NCBI RefSeq assembly: GCF_055900595.2
Contig: NZ_CM148325.1
Direction: 5' to 3' (one strand)
DNA: 64,000 bases
The notes under the pieces are model-generated. The model was not told the DNA's origin. It searched no databases and was given only the letters and a program-made list of their open reading frames with translations. Made by a program: the position numbers and the translations under genes. Shown piece by piece: positions 52,971 to 63,858 of this stretch. Within the stretch, counting starts at the first letter, position 1. Every line of letters starts with the position of its first letter.

Positions 52971-54449
52971 ATGCACTATCGCAATGTGGTTTGTTTGTTG
53001 TCTTGTTCGTTATTCTTATCCCCGGCATGGGGATGTCGGCTTTCCGCGCCTGAACATAATATTTACCAGAAACAGGGAAAAGGCGTGGTGTACCTGCGCC
53101 CTTATAAAGAAACAAATCTTTCTCTACCTGACGTGAATTACAAGAGTTTGCGTCGTTTACCTAATTTATTAATAGACGCAACAACACAAGATGAATGGAA
53201 TAAAGAACCACCTCTGACTGATCTAACAACTGACAACCTCTATGAGGGCGCACAAGCCTGGTATCCCCATTACTCCTGGCATAGCGATGGTCGCTATATC
53301 CTCTACGCGGGTGAAGTAGTGCAAAATCCTCACGACGCACCACCCGTCGATATCGCCTCATTCAAGGCATGGGGAGATTTTGCCGCGGATAAACACAGTC
53401 TCTATTTTGAAGGCAAGCGCACCGATAACAATGGCGGGGGAAATAGCTTAGATATCAAAACACTGCATCAGGTGGAATTCCGGCCTCCCTGGGATCCTGA
53501 CTTACTGGGGCTGATATTACGTGACGCTAATTTCTTGTATATCAATGGGCATCGCCTCGCAGATCCCGATAGTTTCCGTGTGCTGGCACAAAAGTCATGG
53601 GATCAGCGAGGAAAGTTTTCTACCGCGTTTAATCCCTGTGTGGCTATGCCATTTGGCCCCTGGGATACCCTGGCTCGTACACGGACCAAAATCCTGATCA
53701 ACGGCGAACAGCTTGATGCCGACCCGGACACCTTTTCCGTCGTGCGCTGGATGCCCGGCTCACTCTTGACCTGGCGTGATAAAAACGGGCTACAGCGTAA
53801 AGTCCTCGACAAGGAAAATCTGGCGTGGGATGAAGATTTAACAAAGCACTGTCTGGATTTTTCTCTGCTGGAAAAGAAAGTGTTCTGGCGTAAAGGGCCT
53901 GCTTGTAAACAGGAAGAATTACCGGGGCTCGATCCTGAACAGTTCCACCCCATCAGTGATGCTGTCGCCCAGTATCAGGATTCGCTTTATACCATCATCG
54001 AAACAGAGTCTGGTGACCGCAAGCTGGAGATCGTAAAACTTGATGATCCCAATCTTATTATCAACAAACGTTTCAACGCCGGGAAACGCCATGGCTATTT
54101 ACTTACGCGTGCCGAAGGGTGGCCAAACCATTCCGGTTTACACGTGTTTGAATCTGACGGACCGCTGATCTTACTGGATAACCACTCTCCGGATGAACGC
54201 GAAGCCCATCTTGATGACCATCCCTTTTTGCGCAGATGGTATGCCCGCGATAACCGCTACGTTTACAGCTTTGATGGCGCGCAGCTCTGGCGATACCGCA
54301 CTGCGGATCCGAAACAAGTTCGCTTAATCTGGAAGGAACAACATTCGGGATATGGCTACGGGGTAAATTACAAAACGGGATATCTGGACGGAAAAATTAC
54401 CGATGACGGCGAATTTATTCCTGCCCCGCGCAATGAGGCGACAAAATGA
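52971..54449 (+). CDS. secreted repeat protein, DKNYY-like, paralog 1
   Basis: About 492 aa from ATG 52971 (MHYRNVVCLLSCSLFLSPAWGC…); an in-frame GTG at 52941 is an alternative start; repeated D-x-x-x-LY-x-x-G blocks (DKHSLYFEGKRT, DANFLYINGHRLADPDSF, GEQLDADPDTFSVV, DNRYVYSFDG). Confidence 0.7.
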   Translation: MHYRNVVCLLSCSLFLSPAWGCRLSAPEHNIYQKQGKGVVYLRPYKETNLSLPDVNYKSLRRLPNLLIDATTQDEWNKEPPLTDLTTDNLYEGAQAWYPHYSWHSDGRYILYAGEVVQNPHDAPPVDIASFKAWGDFAADKHSLYFEGKRTDNNGGGNSLDIKTLHQVEFRPPWDPDLLGLILRDANFLYINGHRLADPDSFRVLAQKSWDQRGKFSTAFNPCVAMPFGPWDTLARTRTKILINGEQLDADPDTFSVVRWMPGSLLTWRDKNGLQRKVLDKENLAWDEDLTKHCLDFSLLEKKVFWRKGPACKQEELPGLDPEQFHPISDAVAQYQDSLYTIIETESGDRKLEIVKLDDPNLIINKRFNAGKRHGYLLTRAEGWPNHSGLHVFESDGPLILLDNHSPDEREAHLDDHPFLRRWYARDNRYVYSFDGAQLWRYRTADPKQVRLIWKEQHSGYGYGVNYKTGYLDGKITDDGEFIPAPRNEATK

Positions 54450-55774
54450 AAGGTCAAATAATCACTGTTGCACTCATCCTGTTGGGGCACATATTTCTGA
54501 CGCCTGCTGTACAGGCCATAGGGTTCGACTATTACAATGATCACGGTGTTATGTCTTACGGTAAAGGTTATGGGGAGGATGAGAAAATCATTGCCCAATT
54601 TCCGAAGATGAACAGAGCCGATTTACGCCTTGTGACAAATATATCCAGGGAGCGGGAGTTGGTGGAAGGCTATATACCCACCGATGAAATAAGCATAAAA
54701 AATGAGGAATACCACTGGGTGACAGACGGCCGCGTTATTCTCTGGCGTGGCAAAATCGTTAGCAATCCACCGGGAACACCCACTGTCGATATTGCCAGCT
54801 TTCAGGCTATGGGCCGCTTCGCGGTCGATAAATATAGCCTCTATTTTGACGGACAGCGCACCGAAAGTAATAGCGGCGCGTCACGTGTTGATCTGGCGAC
54901 ACTAAAAGCTATCGAAGGTAACTCTACCACGCTGGTGGATAGTAAAAATCTCTATTTGTCCGGTCGACGTCAGGGGAGCAGCAGTAATGTTACTGTATTA
55001 GAAAAAAGATGGTGGGGTATTAATCCACGTCTTATGAGTGTAAACAGAAATTTGTATTCCAATGATCTGCTTATCCGCAGTGGGCAGAATATTTATTTAA
55101 ATGGCGTTCACCTTACGGCGAATGCAGACTCATTTGAGATAATTCGCTGGATACCTCATTCACTGCTGGTTTTTCGCGACAATAAGGGTATGCATCGTTA
55201 TCCCTTTGGGCAATTGTCTGGCAAAGCGATACCCGTAGATGATGACGTCTCTTTTGAAGTAGGGGAAAGTCGCGTTCGCTGGCGTAAACAGCTCACGTCC
55301 GACCGTCAGTGGAGCCAGTGGATAGACCTACCAGGTATTGAACCTGAACAATTTCATCTGATTACTGACAATATTGCGCAGTATAAAGATCGGCTGTATG
55401 TAACAAAATTATCGACTTTTGGTGAAGACCAGCTTGAAATAATCCCGCTGGATTTGCCAGACCTGGTCATTGATCACTCATTTAATCGCGGCAAACAGCA
55501 TGCTTACTTTATCCACCAATTACGGTCACGCAAGAGCGTGCAAATTATTCCAGTTAACGGCCCGCTAACTAAAAACGATCGCTTTGCTTATGACGATCGC
55601 AATGTTTATACATGGACCGATACAGAGGTAAGGATTACACCCTCCCCCTGCCCAGCGAAAACATACGTCAGAGAAAAGAATGTCCGTGAAATTCATAATA
55701 GCGACATTATTATTCCGGTGACGGAGGAATCGTGCCGGAACGCAGCAGCAGACGGGCAAACTTTGAAGCCCTGA
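54446..55774 (+). CDS. secreted repeat protein, DKNYY-like, paralog 2
   Basis: 442 aa; signal peptide MKGQIITVALILLGHIFLTPAVQA; start overlaps upstream stop (ATGA); collinear with paralog 1 (PTVDIASFQAMGRFAVDKYSLYFDGQRT vs PPVDIASFKAWGDFAADKHSLYFEGKRT; PEQFHLITDNIAQYKDRLY vs PEQFHPISDAVAQYQDSLY). Confidence 0.7.
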   Translation: MKGQIITVALILLGHIFLTPAVQAIGFDYYNDHGVMSYGKGYGEDEKIIAQFPKMNRADLRLVTNISRERELVEGYIPTDEISIKNEEYHWVTDGRVILWRGKIVSNPPGTPTVDIASFQAMGRFAVDKYSLYFDGQRTESNSGASRVDLATLKAIEGNSTTLVDSKNLYLSGRRQGSSSNVTVLEKRWWGINPRLMSVNRNLYSNDLLIRSGQNIYLNGVHLTANADSFEIIRWIPHSLLVFRDNKGMHRYPFGQLSGKAIPVDDDVSFEVGESRVRWRKQLTSDRQWSQWIDLPGIEPEQFHLITDNIAQYKDRLYVTKLSTFGEDQLEIIPLDLPDLVIDHSFNRGKQHAYFIHQLRSRKSVQIIPVNGPLTKNDRFAYDDRNVYTWTDTEVRITPSPCPAKTYVREKNVREIHNSDIIIPVTEESCRNAAADGQTLKP

Positions 55775-55821
55775 CACCATGCCGCTATACTGCCGCCATC
55801 ACCTAAAAACAGGAAACAACA

Positions 55822-56142
55822 ATGAACGACAGTGAATTTCATCGCCTGGCCGATACCCTGTGGCTGACCATTGAAGAACGTCTGGATGACTGGGATGGCG
55901 ACAGCGATATCGACTGCGAAATCAACGGCGGTGTGCTGACCATTACCTTTGAAAATGGCAGCAAAATCATTATCAACCGTCAGGAACCGCTGCACCAGGT
56001 TTGGCTGGCAACCAAACAGGGCGGCTACCATTTTGATCTGAAAGGCGACGAATGGATTTGCGACCGTAGCGGCGAAACCTTCTGGGATTTGCTGGAACAG
56101 GCGGCAACGCAGCAAGCGGGTGAAACAGTCAGTTTCCGCTAA
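55822..56142 (+). CDS. cyaY: frataxin homolog CyaY (iron-sulfur cluster assembly)
   Basis: 106 aa [73 protein letters not shown]…. Confidence 0.95.
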   Translation: MNDSEFHRLADTLWLTIEERLDDWDGDSDIDCEINGGVLTITFENGSKIIINRQEPLHQVWLATKQGGYHFDLKGDEWICDRSGETFWDLLEQAATQQAGETVSFR

Positions 56143-56181
56143 GATTGCATGCCGGATAAGCCTCGCTTTCCGGCACGCTCA

Positions 56182-58728
56182 TCACGAAAAATACTGCTGT
56201 AATAGCGGCGTGTCGTGATCCTGATTGGCAGGCGGCATGTTGCCGATAGATTTGGTGCGGAACGGAATCACCTGTTCACGACCATCAACCTTCACAATTT
56301 GATAGAACTGCGGCAGGTTGAAGTTGATGAAGCTTGAGCCGTAGGTGAAACGGTCGTGCGAAGACGAGTAGAAGCGACTGACGTCACGCACCAGTTCCTC
56401 TTTGCTGCCTTCGCAGTGGTGATACACCTCAACCCGGTTGCTTTCGTCGAGAATGTAGATATTAAAGCCATTCTCGTCTTGCGTTTCTTCGAAGAAGAAC
56501 TGGATGATCCCTTCGCTGGCAAAGCCGTCCACCACCGCCGGTAATTTGACGTGATTGGTTTCAACCTGCACTGACAGGCCGTGCAGTTTGTTATGCGAAA
56601 TAGCGCCATAAAACTCGATGGCATTTTCCAGTTTCTGTACCGATACATTCAGGCGTTCGAAGAATAAGCCCCAAGTTTGACCAGAAACGCGCAGCGCCTT
56701 GAAGCGCCCGGTTTCCTGGCGGGTGCTGGAAAGACGCAGTTCAATGCACTCAGAAACCAGTTGCTGCACGCGAGTACGGATTAAGCCGCGCAGATGCTGG
56801 CTGTAGCAGAAGACTTCCACGCTATCTGGCGGTGCGGCGTCCTGATGCATTTTGCCGAGAATGGTTTTCAGGGCTTCGATCATCGACTGCTCGCCGTTGA
56901 AGTGCAGCGTACGCACTTCGTTCCACGAGTTGCGGTACAGCAGGTCAACGCTACCTACCAGGCAATTTTGGTTTTCGCCAAAGCTGAAGACGTCCAGCTT
57001 ACGGAAATCAAAATGCACCACCTGATTGCGGAACGCAGCTGTCGGGTCATATTCCAGGTTAACGATAATCGCCAGATGGCGAATTTCACACGGGCTGTAG
57101 AGCGCTTTTGGCGTCGGTGCAGGCAGGCGCAGCGGGAAATGGTGCGACACATCGGCGACCATCTCCTGCAACTTAGGCAAATCGACAATGCCGTTGCCTT
57201 TAATATACAAGCGGGTGCGCGAGGTCAGCAGGCCGTTAAACCATGCCCACGCCACCAGTTTATTCAGGTAACGGTTATATTCCAGCGGCTGATGGCTGAT
57301 GATCGACTCAATATTTGGCGCGCGGTTATACAGATACCAACCTGAACGGTTAGCCCGGCCCGGCGGCACATAAATAAAGGTCAGATTCGGTTCCGAGAGA
57401 TCGGGCGAAATCTGCGGGTTTACCAGCGTCACTTTACCTGGCAATGCTTCAAACGCGGCGTACAGTTTACGCGTCAGAACACCGATATCCTGTGGGCTGG
57501 CGGAGACGCTAAGGTTATTGCGACGCGCAAAGCGGATCAGATTACGGTAGCTCTGCATCATTGCATCGAGCAGCTCGTTGTGCGCCTCACGCACCTGATC
57601 AATCTTCCAGTTAGCGCGGTTATCGAGCATTGCAAGACGACCATCGTCCCATTCCCACTCTTTCACTAACTGGGTTAGCACTTCACGACGCCAGCCTACA
57701 CAGGCGCGTTCACGGCTGAGTTTTTCGCACACTTTTAAATAGAAGCAGCGACGCACTAAATCCAGACGGGTGAAATCTTCAATCGCCGTCAGGTATTCAG
57801 TAACACGCTCCAGCATCATGCAGTACGGATCGAGACCAAACGATACAATCTCGCCGTCGTGCAAACGCTGTTTGATATCTTTCGCCAGCAGACGTGGGTT
57901 CGGGTATTCCCAGGAATAGGCTTCCAGCAGCAGTGTTTTCAGTACCGCTTTGTATGGGGAATCGATACTCTTGTAGAGCTGCCAAAGGCTGGCACCAAAG
58001 TACTCTTCAGCAGAAAGCGAGCTTAAGCCACCGAGATCCAGCCATTCATTTGGCGTCAGCACGCCCTGCGCGTAAAGCGTCATCACATAGTCATCGTAAT
58101 GCTCTTCTTCGTCACACGGCACCATATTCCACAGAATACGCTTACCGGCGAGACGCACGGCGGTACGATAAAATTCGTCAAGCAGCAGTATATGCTGGGT
58201 GGAGCCACAATCTTCGCCCCCCAGGCTGCCGCTTTCATTATGACGGAAGCGATTTTCATCAATCAGGAAGAAGCTAACTTCCACGCCCAGCGAGGCGGCC
58301 CAGCTTTCCAGCAGGCTGCATTTACGTTGTAGTAACTGGCGCTCTTCGCTATCAAGCCAGGATTGATGACAGACCCAGATATCCAGGTCAGAGGAACAAC
58401 TTTGCCCTACGGACGAGGTGCTGCCCATGGTGTATACACCAGTAATTGGAAGCTCACCTTTCGGCGGATCCTGTACTGACATTCCACGATACAGTTCAAG
58501 CTCGTTCAGGTAGTGGCGTTGAGTTTCATCAGGCGTGTAAAGGCAAATGCCTTTGGGAACGTTACCATCAAGGTAACCCGGCATTAGCGGATGGTGATAG
58601 TGCAACAATGTCGGCAGTAGACTGTAGACCTGTTGGAATGCAGGCCCCATAGCAGCAAGCGCGCGATCCACGCGCAATTGATTTATGGCATCCAGTCTCT
58701 GTTTCAGAGTCTCAATATAGAGGTACAA
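56182..58728 (-). CDS. cyaA: adenylate cyclase (class I)
   Basis: 848 aa starting [33 protein letters not shown]…; the initiation codon read on the minus strand is TTG (58726-58728). Confidence 0.95.
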   Translation of the reverse strand: MYLYIETLKQRLDAINQLRVDRALAAMGPAFQQVYSLLPTLLHYHHPLMPGYLDGNVPKGICLYTPDETQRHYLNELELYRGMSVQDPPKGELPITGVYTMGSTSSVGQSCSSDLDIWVCHQSWLDSEERQLLQRKCSLLESWAASLGVEVSFFLIDENRFRHNESGSLGGEDCGSTQHILLLDEFYRTAVRLAGKRILWNMVPCDEEEHYDDYVMTLYAQGVLTPNEWLDLGGLSSLSAEEYFGASLWQLYKSIDSPYKAVLKTLLLEAYSWEYPNPRLLAKDIKQRLHDGEIVSFGLDPYCMMLERVTEYLTAIEDFTRLDLVRRCFYLKVCEKLSRERACVGWRREVLTQLVKEWEWDDGRLAMLDNRANWKIDQVREAHNELLDAMMQSYRNLIRFARRNNLSVSASPQDIGVLTRKLYAAFEALPGKVTLVNPQISPDLSEPNLTFIYVPPGRANRSGWYLYNRAPNIESIISHQPLEYNRYLNKLVAWAWFNGLLTSRTRLYIKGNGIVDLPKLQEMVADVSHHFPLRLPAPTPKALYSPCEIRHLAIIVNLEYDPTAAFRNQVVHFDFRKLDVFSFGENQNCLVGSVDLLYRNSWNEVRTLHFNGEQSMIEALKTILGKMHQDAAPPDSVEVFCYSQHLRGLIRTRVQQLVSECIELRLSSTRQETGRFKALRVSGQTWGLFFERLNVSVQKLENAIEFYGAISHNKLHGLSVQVETNHVKLPAVVDGFASEGIIQFFFEETQDENGFNIYILDESNRVEVYHHCEGSKEELVRDVSRFYSSSHDRFTYGSSFINFNLPQFYQIVKVDGREQVIPFRTKSIGNMPPANQDHDTPLLQQYFS

Positions 58729-59114
58729 GACGTATCGCCTGATTTGCTACCCGTCATGACTGTGATTCCGCCAACATCAACGGTAACACGCGGCATTCGG
58801 GATATTTCGTATGTCAAAGGTAACCGTTACCACTTTTCGCGCCTGGTTTTTTTAGTTTCACGACGAAAAAATGGTCTAAAACGTGATCAATTTAACACCT
58901 TGCTGATTGACCGTAAAGAAAGATGCGCTACATACAAGTGTAGCACCGTTTATTCTCTGTAAATTCCTTATTACGACGGCGTGAAACGCCTGTCAGGATC
59001 CACTGCCAGACCTCATTTTACGGTTTGCGCAGGCGTCTACGTTTCACCACAACACTGACATCGCTCTGGCAAGGATGTTAGGATGGACCACGGATGATAA
59101 TGACGGTAACAAGC

Positions 59115-60056
59115 ATGTTAGACAATGTTTTAAGAATTGCCACACGCCAAAGCCCACTTGCACTCTGGCAGGCACACTATGTCAAAGACAAGTTAATGGC
59201 GAGCCATCCGGGTCTGGTCGTTGAACTGGTACCGATGGTGACGCGCGGCGATGTGATTCTTGATACGCCGCTGGCGAAAGTAGGCGGAAAAGGTTTATTT
59301 GTTAAAGAGCTGGAAGTCGCGCTCCTGGAGAATCGCGCCGATATCGCCGTACATTCAATGAAAGATGTGCCGGTTGAATTCCCGCAAGGTCTGGGGCTGG
59401 TCACCATTTGCGAGCGTGAAGATCCTCGCGATGCCTTTGTGTCCAATAACTATGACAGTCTGGATGCGTTACCTGCAGGCAGTATCGTCGGGACGTCCAG
59501 TTTACGTCGCCAGTGCCAACTGGCTGAACGCCGCCCGGATCTGATTATCCGCTCCCTGCGCGGCAACGTCGGCACTCGCCTGAGCAAACTGGATAACGGC
59601 GAATACGATGCCATCATTCTTGCCGTAGCCGGACTAAAACGTTTAGGTCTGGAGTCACGCATTCGCGCCGCGTTGCCACCCGAGATTTCTCTTCCGGCGG
59701 TAGGACAAGGTGCGGTCGGTATTGAATGCCGCCTTAATGATACTCGCACTCGCGAGCTGCTTGCCGCGCTGAATCACCACGAAACTGCACTGCGTGTTAC
59801 CGCAGAACGCGCCATGAATACCCGTCTCGAAGGCGGATGTCAGGTGCCAATTGGTAGCTACGCCGAGCTTATTGATGGCGAAATCTGGCTGCGTGCGCTG
59901 GTCGGCGCGCCGGACGGTTCGCAGATTATTCGCGGTGAACGCCGCGGTGCGCCGCAAGATGCCGAACAAATGGGGATTTCGCTGGCAGAAGAGCTACTGA
60001 ATAACGGCGCGCGCGAGATCCTTGCTGAAGTCTATAACGGAGACGCCCCGGCATGA
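59115..60056 (+). CDS. hemC: porphobilinogen deaminase (hydroxymethylbilane synthase)
   Basis: 313 aa from [27 protein letters not shown]…; the ORF-track start at 59094 is a seven-codon extension. Confidence 0.95.
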   Translation: MLDNVLRIATRQSPLALWQAHYVKDKLMASHPGLVVELVPMVTRGDVILDTPLAKVGGKGLFVKELEVALLENRADIAVHSMKDVPVEFPQGLGLVTICEREDPRDAFVSNNYDSLDALPAGSIVGTSSLRRQCQLAERRPDLIIRSLRGNVGTRLSKLDNGEYDAIILAVAGLKRLGLESRIRAALPPEISLPAVGQGAVGIECRLNDTRTRELLAALNHHETALRVTAERAMNTRLEGGCQVPIGSYAELIDGEIWLRALVGAPDGSQIIRGERRGAPQDAEQMGISLAEELLNNGAREILAEVYNGDAPA

Positions 60057-60793
60057 GTATCCTGGTCACCCGCCCGTCTCCCGCTGGAGAAGAGTTAGTG
60101 AGCCGTCTGCGCACACTGGGGCAGGTGGCCTGGCATTTTCCGCTGATTAAGTTTTCTCCGGGTCGACAATTACCGCAACTTGCTGATCAACTGGCAGCGC
60201 TGGGGGAGAGGGATCTGTTGTTTGCCCTCTCGCAACACGCGGTTGCTTTTGCCCAATCACAGCTGCATCAGCAAGATCGTAAATGGCCCCGACTACCTGA
60301 TTATTTTGCCATTGGACGGACCACCGCACTGGCGCTACATACCGTAAGCGGACAGAAGATTCTCTACCCGCAGGATCGGGAAATCAGCGAAGTCTTGCTA
60401 CAATTACCTGAATTACAAAATATTGCGGGCAAACGTGCGTTGATATTGCGTGGCAATGGCGGTCGTGAGCTGATTGGGGATACCCTGACGGCGCGCGGTG
60501 CTGAGGTCACTTTTTGTGAATGTTATCAACGATGCGCAATCCATTACGATGGTGCAGAAGAAGCGATGCGCTGGCAATCCCGCGAGGTGACGACGGTCGT
60601 TGTTACCAGCGGTGAAATGTTGCAGCAACTCTGGTCGCTGATCCCACAATGGTATCGTGAGCACTGGTTACTACGCTGTCGACTATTGGTCGTCAGTGAG
60701 CGTTTGGCGAAACTCGCCCGGGAACTGGGCTGGCAAGACATTAAGGTCGCCGATAACGCTGACAACGATGCGCTTTTACGGGCATTACAATAA
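60053..60793 (+). CDS. hemD: uroporphyrinogen-III synthase
   Basis: 246 aa starting [32 protein letters not shown]…; 4-bp overlap with hemC. Confidence 0.93.
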   Translation: MSILVTRPSPAGEELVSRLRTLGQVAWHFPLIKFSPGRQLPQLADQLAALGERDLLFALSQHAVAFAQSQLHQQDRKWPRLPDYFAIGRTTALALHTVSGQKILYPQDREISEVLLQLPELQNIAGKRALILRGNGGRELIGDTLTARGAEVTFCECYQRCAIHYDGAEEAMRWQSREVTTVVVTSGEMLQQLWSLIPQWYREHWLLRCRLLVVSERLAKLARELGWQDIKVADNADNDALLRALQ

Positions 60794-60814
60794 CTCTCAT
60801 AACAGGAAGCCATA

Positions 60815-62020
60815 ATGACGGAACAAGAAAAAACCTCCGCCGTGGTTGAAGAGACCAGGGAGGCCGTGGACACCACGTCACAACCTGTCGCAACAGAAAA
60901 AAAGAGTAAGAACAATACCGCATTGATTCTCAGCGCGGTGGCTATCGCTATTGCTCTGGCGGCGGGCGTCGGTTTGTATGGCTGGGGTAAACAACAGGCC
61001 GTCAATCAGACTGCCACCAGCGATGCCCTGGCTAACCAACTTACGGCACTGCAAAAAGCCCAGGAGAGCCAAAAAGCCGAGCTGGAAGGCATTATCAAGC
61101 AACAAGCTGTACAGCTTGAGCAAGCGAATCGTCAGCAAGAAACGCTGGCAAAACAGCTGGATGAAGTCCAACAAAAGGTCGCGACTATTTCCGGCAGCGA
61201 TGCTAAAACCTGGCTGCTGGCTCAGGCTGATTTCCTGGTGAAACTCGCCGGAAGGAAGCTGTGGAGCGATCAGGACGTCACGACCGCTGCAGCGTTGCTG
61301 AAAAGTGCAGATGCCAGCCTGGCGGATATGAATGACCCGAGTCTGATTACCGTTCGTCGGGCAATTACCGATGATATCGCCAGCCTTTCTGCGGTATCGC
61401 AGGTGGATTATGACGGCATCATCCTTAAGCTGAACCAGCTTTCTAATCAGGTAGATAACCTGCGTCTGGCCGATAATGACAGCGATGGTTCACCAATGGA
61501 TTCCGACGGTGAAGAGCTTTCCAGTTCCCTCAGCGAATGGCGTATCAATCTACAAAAAAGCTGGCAGAACTTTATGGACAACTTCATTACGATTCGCCGT
61601 CGTGATGACACCGCCGTACCACTGTTAGCACCGAATCAGGATATCTATCTGCGCGAAAATATTCGCTCCCGCCTGCTGGTCGCGGCACAAGCCGTACCGC
61701 GTCATCAGGAAGAGACTTACCGCCAGGCGCTGGAGAATGTCTCCACCTGGGTACGTGCTTACTACGATACTGATGATGCCACCACCAAAGCGTTCCTCGA
61801 CGAGGTGGACCAGTTAAGTCAGCAAAATATCTCGATGGATCTCCCGGAAACCCTGCAAAGCCAGGCGATGCTGGAAAAACTGATGCAGACCCGCGTGCGT
61901 AACCTGCTGGCACAACCGGCAGCAGGGACAACGGAAGCTAAACCTGCACCTGCACCTGCACCTGCACCTGCACCTGCACCGCAAGCTGATACTCCGGCAG
62001 CCGCGCCGCAAGGAGAATAA
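60815..62020 (+). CDS. hemX: HemX (uroporphyrinogen-III C-methyltransferase-like membrane protein)
   Basis: 401 aa starting [24 protein letters not shown]…; single TM segment, coiled-coil, C-terminal (PA)n tract. Confidence 0.9.
   Translation: MTEQEKTSAVVEETREAVDTTSQPVATEKKSKNNTALILSAVAIAIALAAGVGLYGWGKQQAVNQTATSDALANQLTALQKAQESQKAELEGIIKQQAVQLEQANRQQETLAKQLDEVQQKVATISGSDAKTWLLAQADFLVKLAGRKLWSDQDVTTAAALLKSADASLADMNDPSLITVRRAITDDIASLSAVSQVDYDGIILKLNQLSNQVDNLRLADNDSDGSPMDSDGEELSSSLSEWRINLQKSWQNFMDNFITIRRRDDTAVPLLAPNQDIYLRENIRSRLLVAAQAVPRHQEETYRQALENVSTWVRAYYDTDDATTKAFLDEVDQLSQQNISMDLPETLQSQAMLEKLMQTRVRNLLAQPAAGTTEAKPAPAPAPAPAPAPQADTPAAAPQGE
61943..61972 (+). repeat. tandem hexanucleotide repeat (CCTGCA)x5 inside hemX
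   Basis: Five perfect CCTGCA units plus one degenerate unit (CCGCAA), encoding the Pro-Ala tract [13 protein letters not shown]. Confidence 0.9.
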
Positions 62021-62022
62021 CC

Positions 62023-63219
62023 ATGCTAAAAGTGTTATTGCTCTTTGTGTTGCTGATTGCGGGGATCGTGGTCGGCCCGATGATTGCCGGTCATCAGGGG
62101 TACGTGCTGATCCAGACCGATACCTACAATATCGAAACCAGCGTCACGGGCCTGGCGATCATTTTGATTCTGGCGATGGTAGTGCTGTTTGCCATTGAGT
62201 GGCTACTGCGGCGGATCTTCCGCACAGGCGCACACACCCGTGGGTGGTTTGTCGGACGTAAGCGTCGCCGTGCCCGTAAGCAGACCGAACAGGCGCTGCT
62301 GAAACTAGCGGAAGGCGATTATCAGCAAGTTGAAAAGCTGATGGCGAAAAATGCCGATCACGCTGAACAACCGGTGGTGAACTATCTGCTGGCTGCCGAA
62401 GCCGCGCAACAACGCGGTGATGAAGCACGCGCCAACCAACATCTGGAACGCGCAGCGGAGCTGGCCGGCAACGACACAATTCCGGTAGAAATCACCCGTG
62501 TACGTCTGCAACTGGCCCGTAATGAAAACCATGCAGCACGTCACGGCGTTGATAAGCTGCTGGAAGTTACGCCACGCCATCCGGAAGTATTACGTCTGGC
62601 GGAACAGGCGTATATCCGCACCGGTGCATGGAGTTCGCTGCTGGATATCATCCCATCAATGGCAAAAGCCCACGTTGGCGATGAAGAGCATCGTGCAATG
62701 CTGGAACAACAGGCATGGATTGGCCTGATGGATCAGGCGCGTGCCGATAACGGTAGCGAAGGTTTGCGTAACTGGTGGAAAAACCAAAGCCGGAAAACGC
62801 GTCATCAGGTGGCGTTACAGGTGGCAATGGCGGAACATCTTATTGAATGTGACGATCATGATACTGCCCAGCAAATTATCATCGACGGCCTGAAACGCCA
62901 GTATGACGATCGCCTGCTGCTGCCGATCCCGCGTCTGAAAACCAATAACCCGGAACAGCTGGAAAAAGTGCTGCGCCAACAGATCAAAAACGTGGGCGAT
63001 CGCCCGTTGTTGTGGAGCACACTGGGTCAGTCGCTGATGAAGCACGGCGAATGGCAGGAAGCATCGCTCGCCTTCCGCGCGGCGCTGAAACAACGTCCGG
63101 ACGCCTACGATTACGCATGGCTTGCCGACGCGCTGGACAGACTGCACAAGCCGGAAGAAGCCGCAGCGATGCGTCGCGATGGCTTGATGCTAACCTTACA
63201 GAATAACCCGTCACAGTAA
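62023..63219 (+). CDS. hemY: HemY (TPR-containing heme biosynthesis-associated membrane protein)
   Basis: 398 aa starting MLKVLLLFVLLIAGIVVGPMIAGHQGYVLIQTD…. Confidence 0.92.
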   Translation: MLKVLLLFVLLIAGIVVGPMIAGHQGYVLIQTDTYNIETSVTGLAIILILAMVVLFAIEWLLRRIFRTGAHTRGWFVGRKRRRARKQTEQALLKLAEGDYQQVEKLMAKNADHAEQPVVNYLLAAEAAQQRGDEARANQHLERAAELAGNDTIPVEITRVRLQLARNENHAARHGVDKLLEVTPRHPEVLRLAEQAYIRTGAWSSLLDIIPSMAKAHVGDEEHRAMLEQQAWIGLMDQARADNGSEGLRNWWKNQSRKTRHQVALQVAMAEHLIECDDHDTAQQIIIDGLKRQYDDRLLLPIPRLKTNNPEQLEKVLRQQIKNVGDRPLLWSTLGQSLMKHGEWQEASLAFRAALKQRPDAYDYAWLADALDRLHKPEEAAAMRRDGLMLTLQNNPSQ

Positions 63220-63223
63220 TCTA

Positions 63224-63252
63224 TATCGCCTCGTTCAGAGGCGATATTTTTT
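63224..63252 (+). terminator. rho-independent terminator of the hemCDXY operon
   Basis: TATCGCCtcgttcagaGGCGATA followed by TTTTTT, immediately after the hemY stop. Confidence 0.7.
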
Positions 63253-63258
63253 ACCAGG

Positions 63259-63858
63259 ATGTCAAAATTGCGCACGCCGTCCCGCTATCTTTTCCGCTTG
63301 CCATCGCATGAAATTACTCCTTTTCGGGCAACGCTCTTTTTAATCTTGTTGATATGTGCCGCTCTGGCTGGCGTAAGTTGGCTGATTATTTCCTTTGTGC
63401 GTACGGGCAATACATTCATCTTCTGGTTAACACTTTTTATTGGGTATCTGATAGCTGCGGCGAAGCAGGAAAAAATCAAGCTCCTCAAGAAGTACCGAAT
63501 CATGGCAGATAAACGTCGGGTACGCTCCATTTGCCAGTTCGCCCGCGAATTTGACACCTACACCGTAGATACATGGGTGATTCGTGCGGTGTGGGATACC
63601 TTGCAAGGAAACGGCTATATCGATTACCCACTGCCACTGAAAGCCGATGATATACTGGACGATGATCTGGATTTGGTGCGCGACGCAGTCGAGTTAGAAG
63701 AGCTGGTTGAAGATACCGCTGCTCGTTGCGGGCGCGATCTATGCGGAATAGAAGAGAATCCGTTTCTTCCCATCGTCACGGTAGGCTCTCTTGTAAGAGT
63801 TTTAAACGCGCAACCGATGACCCAGGAGCGACGTAACCAGTTCTTTATTCGGTCATAA
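63259..63858 (+). CDS. hypothetical membrane-anchored protein with acidic C-terminal domain
   Basis: 199-codon ORF; predicted two TM helices (ATLFLILLICAALAGVSWLIISF; FIFWLTLFIGYLIAAA) then an acidic region (DDILDDDLDLVRDAVELEELVED); weak or absent RBS at the first ATG, so the real start is uncertain. Confidence 0.4.
   Translation: MSKLRTPSRYLFRLPSHEITPFRATLFLILLICAALAGVSWLIISFVRTGNTFIFWLTLFIGYLIAAAKQEKIKLLKKYRIMADKRRVRSICQFAREFDTYTVDTWVIRAVWDTLQGNGYIDYPLPLKADDILDDDLDLVRDAVELEELVEDTAARCGRDLCGIEENPFLPIVTVGSLVRVLNAQPMTQERRNQFFIRS

Noticed and set aside
61943-61978. Possible CRISPR-like repeat
   Set aside because: It is a simple in-frame hexanucleotide microsatellite inside hemX, with no spacers and no cas genes; no CRISPR array was found in the window.
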